A stretch of DNA of 64,000 nucleotides. It comes from Tubiluchus corallicola (lineage: Eukaryota; Animalia; Priapulida). A program made the translations under genes and the position numbers. The stretch lies in contig JAQGDQ010000098.1 of the NCBI GenBank assembly GCA_030141605.1, forward strand, positions 310,001-374,000, written 5' to 3'. This document shows, one piece after another, positions 35,181-48,973 of this stretch. Below the pieces are notes generated by a model, which saw only the letters and a list, made by a program, of their open reading frames with translations, searched no databases and had not been told where the DNA came from. The stretch's first letter is position 1, and each line of letters starts with the position of its first letter.

Positions 35181-36007
35181 TATTTTTACTGAAAACATCT
35201 TACATCTCTGATTTTTAGACACTGACTCTAAATCCATCAGCTTAAATTTGTGTCATAAATATTGATCTCAGCTTTACTGTCTATGTGTACTAATGTGACT
35301 GGCAGCATGCACAATAAATAATCCTACTTTTACTTTAAAAGTAATTTCACTTTCACTTTAAAAAATATTTATGGAGTTTTCCTGCATTGTTTATTCTGTT
35401 TCATGTCAAAACTAAAATACATGGCTTTAATAAAAAATGTTCGTTACATTAGCCTAAGTGTTTATTATGTGTTATTTTAAACCATTTTATTTTTCTATTT
35501 TTAATTAAACCTTTCTATATTATAAAGTTGATGAGCAATATGATTTGCAGGTATTGACAACTCATACTTGCTTTTTCCGGATAAAGAGATGATCTACTAT
35601 GAATGTTCCATATTTATCTAACTAAATTAATCAAAGTCATTAATAACACAAAGTGGCAGTACCCAGTGTTTAGTTACAATGTGGCTTTTATTACATAACG
35701 GTGCTGGCAATTACCAGGTGTGTTATAAGTGTTGTGTAACCTGGCTTCATTTTGCTGTTACCAGCAGTAGCTTATGTAATATTGATCCTGGCAAAACTTG
35801 CTGCTGTCAGCTTGCAAACAAATGAGATTCTATTGCGGTGAAGAAAAGCATCTAGATGTAAGTTGCATAATTAGTGAGTTATATATTTGCATGTTTTATT
35901 TGTGTACTATTTATGAATTTATTGCATTATCTGTGTGTCTGTAGTGATGTGTTTTGCTTGTGTTACATTTAGACGCAGTGAAAAAATTCTTTTTGTATTT
36001 TTTTCAG

Positions 36008-36818
36008 GTACATACCAGGGTCAGTGGTTGCGTGGCATGCGACATGGATATGGAGTTCGTAAGAGCGTGCCATATGGCTTGGCTTCCCGGAACCAAAAAG
36101 TGACACTCCGAGATTCTCTGACCTCTTTACGCAGTGAGGGAAGTGACACTATTGCAGAGAGGGACAAAAAATTAGACGAAAGTAGAGGAGGTTTCGTACT
36201 GAAAGCCAGAAGTGATGAACTTATTGATGTTCCTCGTCGAATGTCTGTCTTTCAAGACAAGAAGACCGTTCTAAAAGAAAGAATTATGGCAGGCTTTAGG
36301 ATTAAACGACAAAGGAGTGCAGGTGATCTATATAAGCGCACTTCTCGCGAAACAGGGTCGATTAGAAGTACTCATAGTGTGAGAAGTGTAGACTCACTGG
36401 ATTCAACACAATCTGGTTTGACAAGTGCTTCGTTGGGAAGTGTGGAAAGTGCACATAGTTTTGTAGCTCAGGATGACATTAACGATCCCAGTGTGACAGA
36501 AACTTATGCCGGAGAATTTAAAAACGATAAGCGGTCTGGTTTTGGTGTTTGTGAAAGGTCAGATGGACTTAAATACGAGGGTGAATGGTATGGCGATAAA
36601 AAATATGGTTATGGTATAACAACTTTTAAGGATGGTACCAAAGAGGCTGGAAAATACAAAAATAATGTCATGATAACAAATATGAGTGTTTCGAATAACA
36701 AAGCGAAAATATTTCTAATCAGGCAGTCAAAATTGAGGGAGCGCCTCGAGGCTGCTGTTAGCACAGCCATTAGGACATCACAGATTGCGATACAAAAAGC
36801 TGAAATAGCTGTGTCAAG
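36008..36818 (+). CDS. JPH: Junctophilin coding exon 2 (end of MORN6, joining region, MORN7-8, start of alpha-helix)
   Basis: ttttcag acceptor, phase 1, restores YADGG|TYQGQWLRGMRHGYGVRKSVPYG. Also has SRGGFVL and ETYAGEFKNDKRSGFG...AIQKAEIAVSR. ag|gtaatg donor. Confidence 0.96.
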
Positions 36819-37360
36819 GTAATGTTTCCCTTAGTTACCGTGCTTCACAAGATTTTGAGATTGAAGCAATAATCACATGTATTTTTATAGTTTGTGTGCG
36901 TTGTTGCTTCTATCATTGTTGGGCACCCAGGGAAGCATGGTCAGTGCTTGTAGCCCTTGTGTGGCAACCTTATACTAGACACACATGGCAGAAAAATCTG
37001 TCTGTAGAAAACTGTCTGGCGCAAACCAGCTTGCACAATATTTGGCCGCACACAGTATCTGTTGTTGAAGCAACACCCCGTGTCATGGATAATCAGTGTA
37101 AACATTTTCTAGATCATGTGTGATTACGATATTGCTCTCTGTTTGGTCTGACCTGATTTTGTTTGATTCTTATTTTTCATCTTTAAGTTGCACAAGTGTT
37201 TTCCATTTTGTGATTATAAATCTATACAACTTTATTGTATATTGAACAACGTAACTCGGTAAAACAAAATTAGTATGATAAGAAACGATGGCTGTTGATC
37301 TACATGTTTTTCTGTGTATGTGGTGTTTTTTCATTGCAAATTTTATTTTGCCTGCTCAAG

Positions 37361-37479
37361 GTGTACAACAGCTAAACAGAAGGCAGATGATTCTGAAGTA
37401 ACAGCTAAACAAGCAAGAGAAGACTCGGATCGAGCTAGGATCACAGCGAAGCAATTTGCACCTGATTTTCATCAGCCAG
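37361..37479 (+). CDS. JPH: Junctophilin coding exon 3 (helix end, AKQFAPDFHQPG)
   Basis: Phase 2/1. The conserved A.xLAPDFxQPG motif is present. Confidence 0.92.
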
Positions 37480-38089
37480 GTATTTTATGCAACAAGTAGT
37501 ACTAATCTTTGTGTTCTGCATGTGATATTAAAGTCACTTTATAAAATAAATAAAATTTACCTTGAAGTTTAATTCCATGAAATAAAGAAAGATATAAGTA
37601 AAGTATATATGCTAATGACATACGTGTGATTAGTTATACATTGTTTTCGTTGTCTGTTGTAGTTATAAGGATCGTATTGTTCGTCTTTTCTCTGTCTCGG
37701 GAGATGTGAGCTAATTACTACTTGCTCGCCTGGCTGCATCCTGTTGGGATGTAGGACAGCAGATGGATTATTGAATTTCTCCCTGATAACTCCCATTTAT
37801 ATGTCGTTTTTACTGGCTATATTATTTTATGTTGGTTAAATGCATTTGTTTTTATGCAAATTTCAATTTATGTATGACTCATTTGCACAGTGCCCTGAAA
37901 GCAAAATTAATTCCAACAAAGATGAAAACTGAAACATTATGTATTTTATCTAGTGTTATAATTGTGTGTCATGACTTTTGCGTGGCATTTGTGTGTGACC
38001 TTTGGTTGACTTGTAGGTATATTTAAGATTTATCAGCAACTCGCAAGGTTGTTTGATGTCTCCTAGTTTCACATAACACAACTTATATG

Positions 38090-38465
38090 CAGGGCCGGAT
38101 TATCCTATAGGCTAGTATAGGCTGCAGCCTAGGGCCCCTCAAGGTTGGGGGCTTTCAGGCTTTGGAAAAGTTTGGTAAAACATTTGTTTTTTACACTACG
38201 GTTGTGTTAAAATATGTGCTAACTTGATACTCAATAAATTGTAAAATAATGGTATTTCTTAAAGAATATTTTTACTGACAAACAAAAGATAACTATTCTA
38301 GTTATTTAAAGAATTTGTAATAAGTTTACTTCAAGTTATAAAAATGTCGCTGAAACATATATCGCGAGTAAAAAATATTCAAGATGAGGCAGGCGATTCG
38401 AAGGTGGTTCCATCTGAGAGGGCCCCATAATTTTATTAGCCTAGGGGCCCCAAAGGGTTAATTAT
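38090..38465 (+). mobile_element. hAT-like MITE, one terminus intact
   Basis: Starts CAGGGCCGGATT and has gcctagggcccc motifs at both ends. The 3' TIR is degraded. Confidence 0.6.
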
Positions 38466-39280
38466 ATATAAGGAAGCAGTTCTCATCCTATTTGCCTTGG
38501 CGGCTTGGCCCACTTTAATTTTTCAAAAAAACTGTGCTACTTCACCAGTTATGTATTTAGGACCTGGTTTATTTGAATCATGCACTGTGTAAGTGTATAT
38601 CAGTGGTGTAGGAATGCATTGAAACACATTCTGTATTTTTCAAATCAACTTTTTAGTTATTTTCTAAAATATTTCTTTATCCCAGTAAAATAATCTTAAA
38701 ACTTGAGAATCGGTGATGTAGATGTACGTAGCATAAATAAGCATTAAGCTTAATTAACTAGTACATTTCATCGCAGTTTGTCTTCGAATGCTTTTTGGAA
38801 AATTCTTTCATTTAACCATGTGTATTAAATAGTAATATAAATCCAATGCGTATTGTTTCTAGGTTTTTTGATGTCGACTTTTCTTAAGGATTTAGCAACT
38901 TAATAAATAATTTACAGTAATTAGTATTTTGCATCACCCCCTGTTAAATTTCTCATCAATTTTTTTGTGAATTTGAACTGGCCTGCTAGTAAGTATAGCC
39001 ATATGCAGCCATGGTTGTATTTCTTGCACAAATTCGAAACACTCTTATTAGGTGGGAGTTGAAATTTATAAGAAGTAATGACAACAATCAATTTTATGGC
39101 TGTGTTTTGTTGATATTATCATTATTTATTAATAATGAAATGTTTGTTTAATGTGCAAATTATATCTTTACTAAACTACATTTCAATTTTAAATCTATTT
39201 AAAGTAGGTCATCATAGTGAATCACTAAGGTGCTTACAAACTAAACCAGATTGCTAATTTGTAGGCGTCTTGATTTTTAG

Positions 39281-40585
39281 GATGTGAACTAATGAAGAAA
39301 AAGTTAGCCGAACAAGGTGGAAATACAGATACGAGTAAACTTCAACCAGTAGAACCCGATCAGTCTCACATTAAAAGAACCGTGTCATTGTTTACACGCA
39401 AGAAATCAACGGCATCCATATCACAAGATCCTACCGGTTCCAGCCCAGGCCGAGGTAAAATGTCTATCAGTCGAGCCATAGAGATTGATGAACTTAACAA
39501 ACCTGGACAACAGGAGGACATGCAGTATGGGAGTTCAGAGCAAAGAGATGCCAGTCTTCTCTTAAAAGTACCCAATTCTGCTGCTATGCCTCCAGTTGTC
39601 AATACTCCATCATTAAAGCCTAGAAGCCGACTGAGTTTTGCTGATGAGCAAAGTTCTGACAGAGACAGATCTCATAGGTATGATCCAGAAGGTGCTCCCC
39701 ACTTTCGAGGAACTGACGAGCGACCTCATTTTCAGTTAGGGCAAGAGTCAAATAGTCCATCATTGGCAGGTGATATTTATGAAGAAAGAGGACCATATAG
39801 ACGTAGTGAAAGAGAACAAGACTACAGTAGGCCATATGTACAGTATCGTCATCCTCGTCATCCAACACCACCTGGTGAACCACAGTATATGAACAGGAAA
39901 GAACGGAAATACAATCCAGAGAAATATGATGACTTTTATCCTCAAGAGCATGCAAGCAATTCCTATAATGATCCCAGGTATGAAAAGTATGACCAGCATA
40001 GAAGCGAATGGTCACAAGCTGAGTATGACAGTATACGTAGGTATGGAAAACCTGACCGTCATGGAAACCAATGGCCAAGAGTAGATGATGCTGACAGAGG
40101 ACAACATAACCCATATGGTAATCGTTATGATCATAGAGGTGGTTATCGACTTCATGCTAATCCAAATGAACCTTCTTTAATGTCAAAAAATCTTCATCAT
40201 TTGGCACATAATCCAAATTATAATTCTGATAGTAGCTCTCCCCGGTCAAATAATCCACGCAATTTGCCCATAGGTCTATCAGGTTATAATCGTAATTTGA
40301 CTGAGTCTCCATCTGTTATCGATTATGATAAGCCAGAGGATTTGTACTTTCTGGAGAAACTCAAAGCGAAACAAGAATCTCGACGCATGACGATGCCATC
40401 TATAATGAATGCTGACAAGTTTCCTGCACTCCGAAGCCCTCCCAGGTCACCTCCACGAAGCCGTCCACTTTTTTTCAGCTCAAAGAAATCAAATCCGACA
40501 ATACCACACATGCCAGAAGCATACGTTGTTGAAGAAGGTGTTCGCAAACGCATCAAAGCCGAGAAAGTAACACAAAATCACGTTG
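39281..40585 (+). CDS. JPH: Junctophilin coding exon 4 (long divergent low-complexity region)
   Basis: tttttag acceptor, phase 1, g|gtaagt donor, 435-codon open frame. Confidence 0.85.
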
Positions 40586-41439
40586 GTAAGTTGCATAACT
40601 TCGATCAGGAAAATGAATCTGATATGTTTTTTTACTGCATAATAGCAAATTTGTCATGGAAAGTGCCAATATTTAGTAATGATTTACTCTTGATAATATT
40701 GCAATTCACAAAAAATTTTGGAATGATTGTAATGTGCAAATTGAATGGAAAATACTGTTGAATTAGTACTGTAACAGTCTGTGGCACTTGAAATTTCAGT
40801 AGATAAGCTCTTCTGCACAAATGTAATCATTTTTGAAAGAATTTTGAAGTTGGCAGTCCGTATATTTGTTGATTACATATATTCAAGTGTGGTGTACACT
40901 ATACAACTTTCAGAATTTGATATTCTTTAATTTTATCTTTATTGTCTTAATTTTCTTAGACTTTTGAAAAACTCTTTTACGCCCAAAGTGGCTAAAATAT
41001 GCGTATATTGCTTTAAAAATAATTTATTGATGGTGTAACATCTAGGTTTGAAACAGACAGTTTTACAACTGATATATGTTCTCCCCTAGTGGGATGTGTA
41101 TATTGCTTCCACTTTTTGCTGTGATTCTCTAAATTAATTTTAGAACTATCGGCATAGAATATCCGTTTCTCTTAGTTTCATTCTTTACTTCACTGGCTCT
41201 CTGTATTTTCAAATTAGTGCCCATTAACATAGAGATAGATGGTAATGTAGAGATCAAACTGCTTATTAATGAGTTATCCTTTAGGATAGTTCTTGTTGAT
41301 GCAGGTCATCCAATTTTTAGTACGAATTTTCTAGAACTCCATCCTCTCAGTTCATTTTTTCTAGTTTGCTGTCTGCATCTTTATTTCATCATTTCATAAT
41401 TCTACATTCTCTTTCTTTCCTCACCTTATTTCTCTTTAG

Positions 41440-41738
41440 ACAAAAAATCGACTGAAGATGATTCTTTACCTGCAGTGTCATCAAATCCAGCAGTCAACCC
41501 TTCAGCAAACAACCCGTCACTACCGTCCAAGTATACGCTATTGCCAGCTCTGTCTGATGGTAGGCGCAACTCGCTGCCTGATGCACATGAACTTGCCGTG
41601 GAGCAAAGAGCAAAGACTCCAATGTCTCGCGAAGAGATATCTGTACTCAGTGCACTAAGGAGAGAAGAAGTGCGAAATATCAGGTCATTCATGGAAAAAG
41701 AGGCACAGACGTTCTTTCTCTTTCGTTCCAGTGTCAGG
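41440..41738 (+). CDS. JPH: Junctophilin coding exon 5
   Basis: Long polypyrimidine tract plus tag acceptor, phase 1/0, agg|gtgaga donor. Encodes RRNSLPD...MSREEISVLSALRREEVR. Confidence 0.85.
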
Positions 41739-42683
41739 GTGAGACACTTTTTATTATTTGATAACAAGTAGACGTTTGACTACCTGATATTAGAAATAAA
41801 AATTGTTATGAGAACGCTGTGCAGTTTTTAGACGTGTGCGAGTTTAATATTTACCGAATTCAACAATGCTAAAAGTAATTGATGCCTGTCTCAAGTTTCT
41901 TGCAAGTCTTCAAATTTCCATTCGAATGCAACTCTACCTGATTTGCTTTTCTGGGAATTAAATTTAAACAAAAGACCTCAGTCTCACATCAACAAGACCT
42001 ACTGAATGCAGATAGCTGAATACGGCAAAAGTGGAACTTTCTAATGATTTAAGAATAATCCTGAAGAACAATCACTGTCAGAAATAACTTTGCCTCTTTT
42101 GGATGTATGCGAAGACAAGCAGAAAAACAGGGATAGTGGGCAGATAAACCTTGCTGAAGCGGTTTTCCATTTGGTCACCCATCCATTTATTTAACAAGGC
42201 TTGGCACTACTCAACTTTTGTAACCAAACACACACCAGTTATTTCTCCTCAGCTGTTTCACACACCACAAAAAGTGAATGAGGTATTTTGGAGAAAACAG
42301 TGCAAACATTCCCAAGAGCTGAAAAATCACGTAACTGCACTGGATTATTTAACTAAAGTTGTGGTGCGATAATACTTCATCAACTAATGAGAGTCGCTAA
42401 GTAGCACCATTTAATAGATGACACCATTTATTTTTGCAAACCAATATTGCTACAAAGTAGTGTTACCACCTAAAACAATCATCAAACTGTGATAGTGCAT
42501 TTTTAGGAATAACTAAAATTAATTAACAATATACTACAAATTTTAGAATTTTTGTCATTATTGCTTCATAAAATTATGGACATTTGTCTATTCTTCTTCA
42601 GATTCTTTTAGCGTAGGAAGTAAACTGAGGGCTTTCCACAACTAGCCAGCGTTTTCTAATTGAATATTTGTTTTCTTTTTCAG

Positions 42684-42770
42684 AATTGGCTATGGCAACG
42701 CAAGCTGTCTGTATTTCTTGTGATCATTAATGTAGCTCTGTGTTACCTATTTTACGAGCTCATAAGCTGA
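42684..42770 (+). CDS. JPH: Junctophilin terminal exon, C-terminal ER/SR tail anchor
   Basis: ttttcag acceptor, phase 0. NWLWQRKLSVFLVIINVALCYLFYELIS* matches the JPH tail (..LLNIGLAILF..). Exons total 3105 nt = 1034 aa + stop. Confidence 0.9.
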   Translation, partial: NWLWQRKLSVFLVIINVALCYLFYELIS

Positions 42771-44894
42771 AAGGGTTAATTACGATTTTACGAATGTATG
42801 TCAACAACACAGGATGACAAGTGGAGAACTGACTTGTCAACTGAGGACACGATCTTTGCTCGCGTTTATCCTTTGGTTAGCTGAACAGCTTTGTGCTACC
42901 TCACGCTATGCTTGCAAAGTGAATGAATTTTAGTGATGAGATTGTTCCATTCTCAGCAGATGCTATTTGTGCATTTATGAAGGTTAAGTAAGACTGTGAC
43001 TCACAGTTGAGTGTTTTGTTGTACACGTTTGTACACAGAAGTGCATATTTAATAAAGCACTTGTATGCACATAATGTGCTATAGTATGTATTCTGAGAAA
43101 GATTTAGTATATACTCGAGTACTACTACTGTACACTCATGTGCACTGTATGAGCATGCTTTATTTATATAATATAGTTCTGAATTTATAAATGGATTGCA
43201 AAGCTATGATACAGTTTTGACTTAGCAATTCGCTGCTTTTGTTATAATTTATCTTGTTTAATTATTAGCACTGAGCAGTTTTCAGTCCTGAACTTGGAAA
43301 GTTGTGATTGATATAGTTGCAGACACCATTTTGAATTACGTTTAGCTTGAAAGCCACAGGTTTTATTGCAAAAGCTCTAAGCTTGAAACTTACAGCAAAT
43401 GACTTTAGCTTTTAGTATCATTTTTAAAATTTTTGAAAATGACAATTGGTGATTTTCCTATTTTTCACTTTTTGCTCTAGATATCTGTTGGTTTGATTGG
43501 TATGCTACTATTTGGCATGTTTCTAATTTTAACTGTGATGTTGTTAAAGTTAGGTGTTTCGAGAATTTTAATTCATAATTAAACTACATGTATTTGGTAT
43601 ATGCGGACAAATTAATATAGCCAAGTAGACAGATAGCTAGGTATGATTAACTTTATAGGCATCAGGTACGGTACTGATGTTAAACCTCATTCTCCCAGTT
43701 TATTTTTTCTATACAGTTCAGCATTGTGTAGGCGGAAGCCAACACTCGGTGACAAGACCTACTTATTATGATGATGGTTGTAAAAGAAACAGAACCTAGC
43801 TAAATATCAAAGGTAATATTCTAAGACGAGATACTAAACCAACACGCAAGTGAGTTAGCCATATTCGGAAGTATATACGTGCCTCATTCATATTCCCTCA
43901 AATCAAGAGCAGTGCTTGAAGTTAGGGATGTTAAACAATATAAATTTGGAGATACTTTTTCCCAACTATACAGTATCAATAATTGTTTCTCAGGCAATAC
44001 AATACGATAAGTTATTTTGAACGAAACTGAATGTGTGGTTAGTTGTTGTACAAGGAGTATTAGATTACATTAAATTTACAGATACAATTAATCTATGACA
44101 AAGTTCTCTTCTTTGTTTAGTCATAAAATATTAACATGCAAGCTGTGACAAGCAAATATATTATGTATAGATTTATTATTACATAATGTATTTGTTTATG
44201 CGAGCTGCACTGCCGTATTTAATTTGGAAAATACCTCTAAAAATATTACTTGGTATTAGTGTGCCACTAAATCGATGGAAGACAGCCTGCTAATGGAAGA
44301 ACGTATAAGAAAATTATTCAAACATCCTTATTTTTTGCTTAATTTCAGTGCATATATAAAAAACTAGAGTGATTTTATTTAGGTGATAAGCAGCGATAGG
44401 CACCAAATTCAATATGATAATGATATTCTAAGTACTATTGATACGATAATGTTACCTGAAGTTGCCAAAGTTTTTCTTGCAATTACAAATCCATTTATTG
44501 ACAGGACCTAATGCTGCTTAACTTCTATTACTAAACACACACTATACTCACTCTGCTATTCTCCGGTCACTTGCACTGAATATACTTTGCTTGAAGCTGG
44601 TGGAAAACACCAAATAGCATATTGGACATTGAAAAATTAAATCATCTCCATAGACAAGCAATAAGACAGGCCTCTAAAACTTTCAATCAAATTAAATGCT
44701 GATCCTGTAGTAAGATTATTACAAATTTATTAACAACAAAGGACATTACCATGTTAATTCTATGTATGTTAATATGGCAGAATTTTAGGAAGACTTCATG
44801 TTGTTGGCACAACCTCTTCAGTCGAGTGGATTGCTAAGACTTCATGCAATGCATAGACATCTAATGATGAATGACTTTCTGGAGTTACTCTGTT

Positions 44895-45190
44895 GTTTAG
44901 TTTTGCTGATTGGTACGGTGTTGTGCTTAGCAACCGAAGTTAAGAATGTGTAAAGGCTGGTCAGTGAGTGGGTGACGAAGCACTTCAATTCTCACTCGGG
45001 ACGGTTTCAACCGCCATGCTTATTCTGGCATTTTACCGCGTAGAGGGAGAATATACACACATCTGCGAGTTTACTGGCTCATCCTAAGAGGCATAGCTTT
45101 TTCATCGTGTCACCTCGACAATCTAATTTGAGTAGGACCTGCCATCAAGTGCTGGATTCCGGCTTGCACGGTTCCAAATTGTTAAAAAAG
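44895..45190 (+). mobile_element. SINE-like element with 5S-like segment
   Basis: gtgcttagcaaccgaagttaag...ggctggtcagtgagtgggtgac. GC-richer than its flanks, with an A-rich end. Confidence 0.45.
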
Positions 45191-47203
45191 AGGTGCTCTA
45201 ATAGTGAACTCTCTAATTAGTGAAAGTAAGGTGGGCAGGCACCCTGTTTTTTTACTCCGTGTACATCTAGGCAGTACCTGACCTTTATCTCAAATCTCCA
45301 AAAATAATGATATCAAATAATTTTTATTCATTATGGCTATCATTAAATGTTATTATAGAATGTATTAATTTCTTAATTGTAATTTGTTAGTTATCATTAC
45401 AACATTTCGTTACCAATTCAATGCACAAAAGTGTGTTTAGGTCTTTAAACTTTCGTGCAGTTAAAAACAGTTTTGTTATGTAGTTCAGTCAGTGTTAAGA
45501 AATCCTCATTATTTTGCGAAAAGTAATTAATATTATACTATATGATTCTAATAATAATGTAGCTGACTGTAAATGTTTACAAAATTATCCATAAAAGCGT
45601 GCCTTTTGAATTACGGATATTTTCACAGCTCTTTAGGTTACTATTGTAAAATATTGTAACAGTGTTATCAATTCAAATATATGTCGTTTTTTATTAAAAC
45701 TTGGTTTTCTATTATGACTGCTCTTCTTTGGAAACACAACATAGCTGCATTACCAAAGCCTTAACCACTGACTCCCACCAGTCATTTGTCACAAAATGCT
45801 AGCAGTGTTTTTGTACTTACTGTAACACACTTATTTCTGTAAGCAACTGCATTTCTGTCGTTTGGGTATGCCTATAACTAATCCAGGGCTGCGTATGCTC
45901 AGAAATTAGTGAAATGTAGCATTAACAACGTATACAACTATATCTAATTTTTCTAAGGAATTTTCTAATACATGCAAAATCCTTGGGTACACTGCTGCAA
46001 TACTTTGCGATTGTGGACCCTGATACGAAACGCAAAACATCAATGCTGTGAACAAACAAGCTAGATAAGAACAATACCAGCCGCAAGCTATGGGATGCTG
46101 TAGCAAAGTCCTAGAATGGGTTTTCAGCAGTTAAGGGGAGACAGTACTGACAAGCCGGTGTCCTATAGATGAAGATGAGCGACTGGCAAAGAGAAAAGCT
46201 TGCGAAATATCTGTCAATCTGTGCAGCTAAAATTAGAACACAAGCAGCTATGAAACGGCCAATGTCAAGACTTGTTATTAAACCACCCTTCGTATGCTAT
46301 TCGTTTTTCAATTACTGTTTACAACACAAATGTAATAAAAGAAACCCTTTTCAATTTAATAATGGAGGTCACGGTCTATAAACGATCGACTATTAAACAC
46401 ATTTCTTCTAATACATGTGTTACTGAAACCAGCATTACTCTGAACAAAACAAAAAGCAAAAAAACACAAGTTACTATTAAATAAAAATGTAATAAGTTTT
46501 TTCTGAGGTGAAAATGTGTTATATTATAGCTTTCTTTGGTTTAAAATGAACATCTGTTAATTAGGGTTCATATAATTATCATCTGTTAATTAAAATGATC
46601 ATTGTTAATTAGGTTTCATATAATATTTATAGGTTTCACAAACTTCTAAATTTCAATAAATAGTTACAGTTCTGTACACTTTAAATTTAAAAATACTTGT
46701 AATAATCATTTGCTTTTGTGGCAGTGGAAGAGTAGATACAGAATATATTATAAAATACAAACAAATTTTGTATATTTCAGTCTAGCTAGGTGTTAAAAGA
46801 TATAGCTAATTAAAGGAAAAGCCAAGGTTCTCATGAATGTGACCTTAATTTAATGAGTAAGAAAACTGTTAGAAAGTTTCAACAATAAAAGTGTGATAGG
46901 CATCTTGCGTAATTAGTAAAAACAAATTTAAAGTCGCAGTTGTTTCAAGCTTGGGCATGCTGATTTTGAGAGAAAAATGACCTCATGTGGTTACAGTGCA
47001 ATATAAATACTTAACCCGCCAGGTGTTTCAGCAACCTTTCTTTTGCAACTGCAGTTACTACACGTGTTATCAATTGTAAGCAATCCAAAATGTTAAATGA
47101 GAGATTATTAAAACTATTTTTTTGCTTTTTGATGAATCTCGTTGCCCACTATGTAATGGAAATCTGTTACCGCTGACAAAATTAATAACCTCCTGCTCGG
47201 TTA

Positions 47204-47795
47204 GTAGGGGTATACTGGATCCGGATCTTTAAATTCGGTAATTTCAATGGATCCGGATCTGGCAGAAACGTTCGTCGGATTTTGAAATGTTTGTATTTCT
47301 ATTTTTCTATGTGTAAAATTACCAACTGTGCACTGATCGTTAAAAAATTAGTGTGGGTAGGATACATAGTGTGGGTAGGAGAAAAATACATAAACGTTAC
47401 ATTACCCAAACAGTCTTAATTTCTTTAAAAAATGCGAAGAAAATCTATTAAAATCTTCGAAAATTTAGTTTTTATGCCACCATACTTGCAACACGCGTGA
47501 TGTCAGCAATCTTCACGCTGTGGTTTCTTGCTGAAAATAGCGTGCAAAAATAGCAATATTGCTACAAAGCCATTTGCTAAAAATTTAGAGCACACTTTTA
47601 TTGTCTATTTCCAGTAAAAGCGTAGTATGACTATATGCAGGATATGTAATAAAGAACTGAAACACTCATCAAGTGTTCATAATTACAGTACATCGAAATT
47701 AATCAGTGACCATGAAAATGCTCATTGTTTACATTAATTTGCAGATCCACATCCGGATCTGATCCGTAGCCGGCAAAACTGAATCCGGTGCTTAA
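47204..47795. mobile_element. hAT(Ac)-like MITE remnant
   Basis: taggggtatactggatccggatc... start, with subterminal GGATCC/ATCCGG clusters at both ends (47217-47262, 47743-47790). Confidence 0.55.
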
Positions 47796-48108
47796 AATAG
47801 AAATCACAGTGTTTTAATCAGCTAGGATAGCAGAATTTCTGAGTGAACTGCAAAAGTTTTGTTACGCGTGCTTTTGTGCTGTCAGCTCATGTCATTTTTT
47901 TCAAAAAATGCCCTCAGCGAAGTTTGTTTAGCGGGAGATAAGAAGGACTTATTTTTTTGCACTTTTAACCGAGACATTTTATGCATGTATATTATGTGGT
48001 AATTGCAGCATTTCTACTTGTATATTAAAATACAATGAATGAGAGTTGGTGTTTCCTTTAACAGCTAGAAGAATACTATTTTCTTGAGCATACAATATCC
48101 GCAGTCTA

Positions 48109-48317
48109 TCATGAGCTCGGCTTCAAAACAAAAACTGCATCACTTAGCCAAAAAAAGCTTTGATACAGGTCGCCTTCACACAAATATGGGACCCGAGTAA
48201 ACTTTTCTACGGAATAGCCCGCAGGATGGAAAATGTTTTGGATAAGACAGTTCACCTGCTCTTCAAATGTTTCACCAATAATATGGAACTGCTCACTAGG
48301 TTTGTTGTCAATGGCAC
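48109..48317 (-). CDS. METTL9: METTL9 terminal coding exon
   Basis: KPSEQ...FEEQV...FTRVPYLCEGDLYQSFFWLSDAVFVLKPSS*. Exons total 894 nt = 297 aa + stop. Confidence 0.95.
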
Positions 48318-48973
48318 CTGTAATGGAGGAAACGAATTAACTAATTTAGGCGCAAACAAATTAATTACCAAACAGTTAATTAATTCAGTAAATATGCATT
48401 TCTGTCAAACACTAATAGTGTTTGCAAATAAAAAATTAATCCCATATATTTGTCTTTGTATATAGGCACCTTTTTTAGTTAAACAATGTTAAGTCATATT
48501 TTCAGTACAGCTTAAGTTAGTACAACTGATGGCTCAAACAGTAAATTGCACTTCGATCAGCATTAAAGCTTAAAACCAAGCTTGATAACTTATGGCTTAA
48601 AAAAGAGTCTCGGTAACAAGCCATTACCATAATTACTTAACATAAAATATCAAAACTAAGAAATTTGATTAAACCTTTATTTGTCTAGATAAAATGACCT
48701 GTTACTAAGATTAGATTCTTTAATCCACTTAAGGTCTAGGTAACTCTGCTAGTCACTGAACATATCCAAGGAAAAATTTGCTGCATTTGGGTAAAGCTTC
48801 GTAATCACTATTTAAACCCAAATACTAAGTCGCACGTTGGAAGGCAAATTCCTCCAAGGTAGTGTCAGCTTTGCTGTACAGCTTGGGAACTACTAAAAGC
48901 CGTCCAGAAATCATAATAATACTCATAGCTTAGAACTTAACTTAAATGGAGCAAAAATATGAAGTTCTTATTT

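Noticed and set aside
39366-40556. Antisense ORFs over JPH exon 4 (and those over TBC1D31, JPH exon 1 and METTL9)
   Set aside because: Shadow ORFs of real coding exons with no recognisable motifs.
44980-45180. Penelope GIY-YIG ORF remnant on the minus strand
   Set aside because: No convincing motif; better explained as the body of a + strand SINE-like element.
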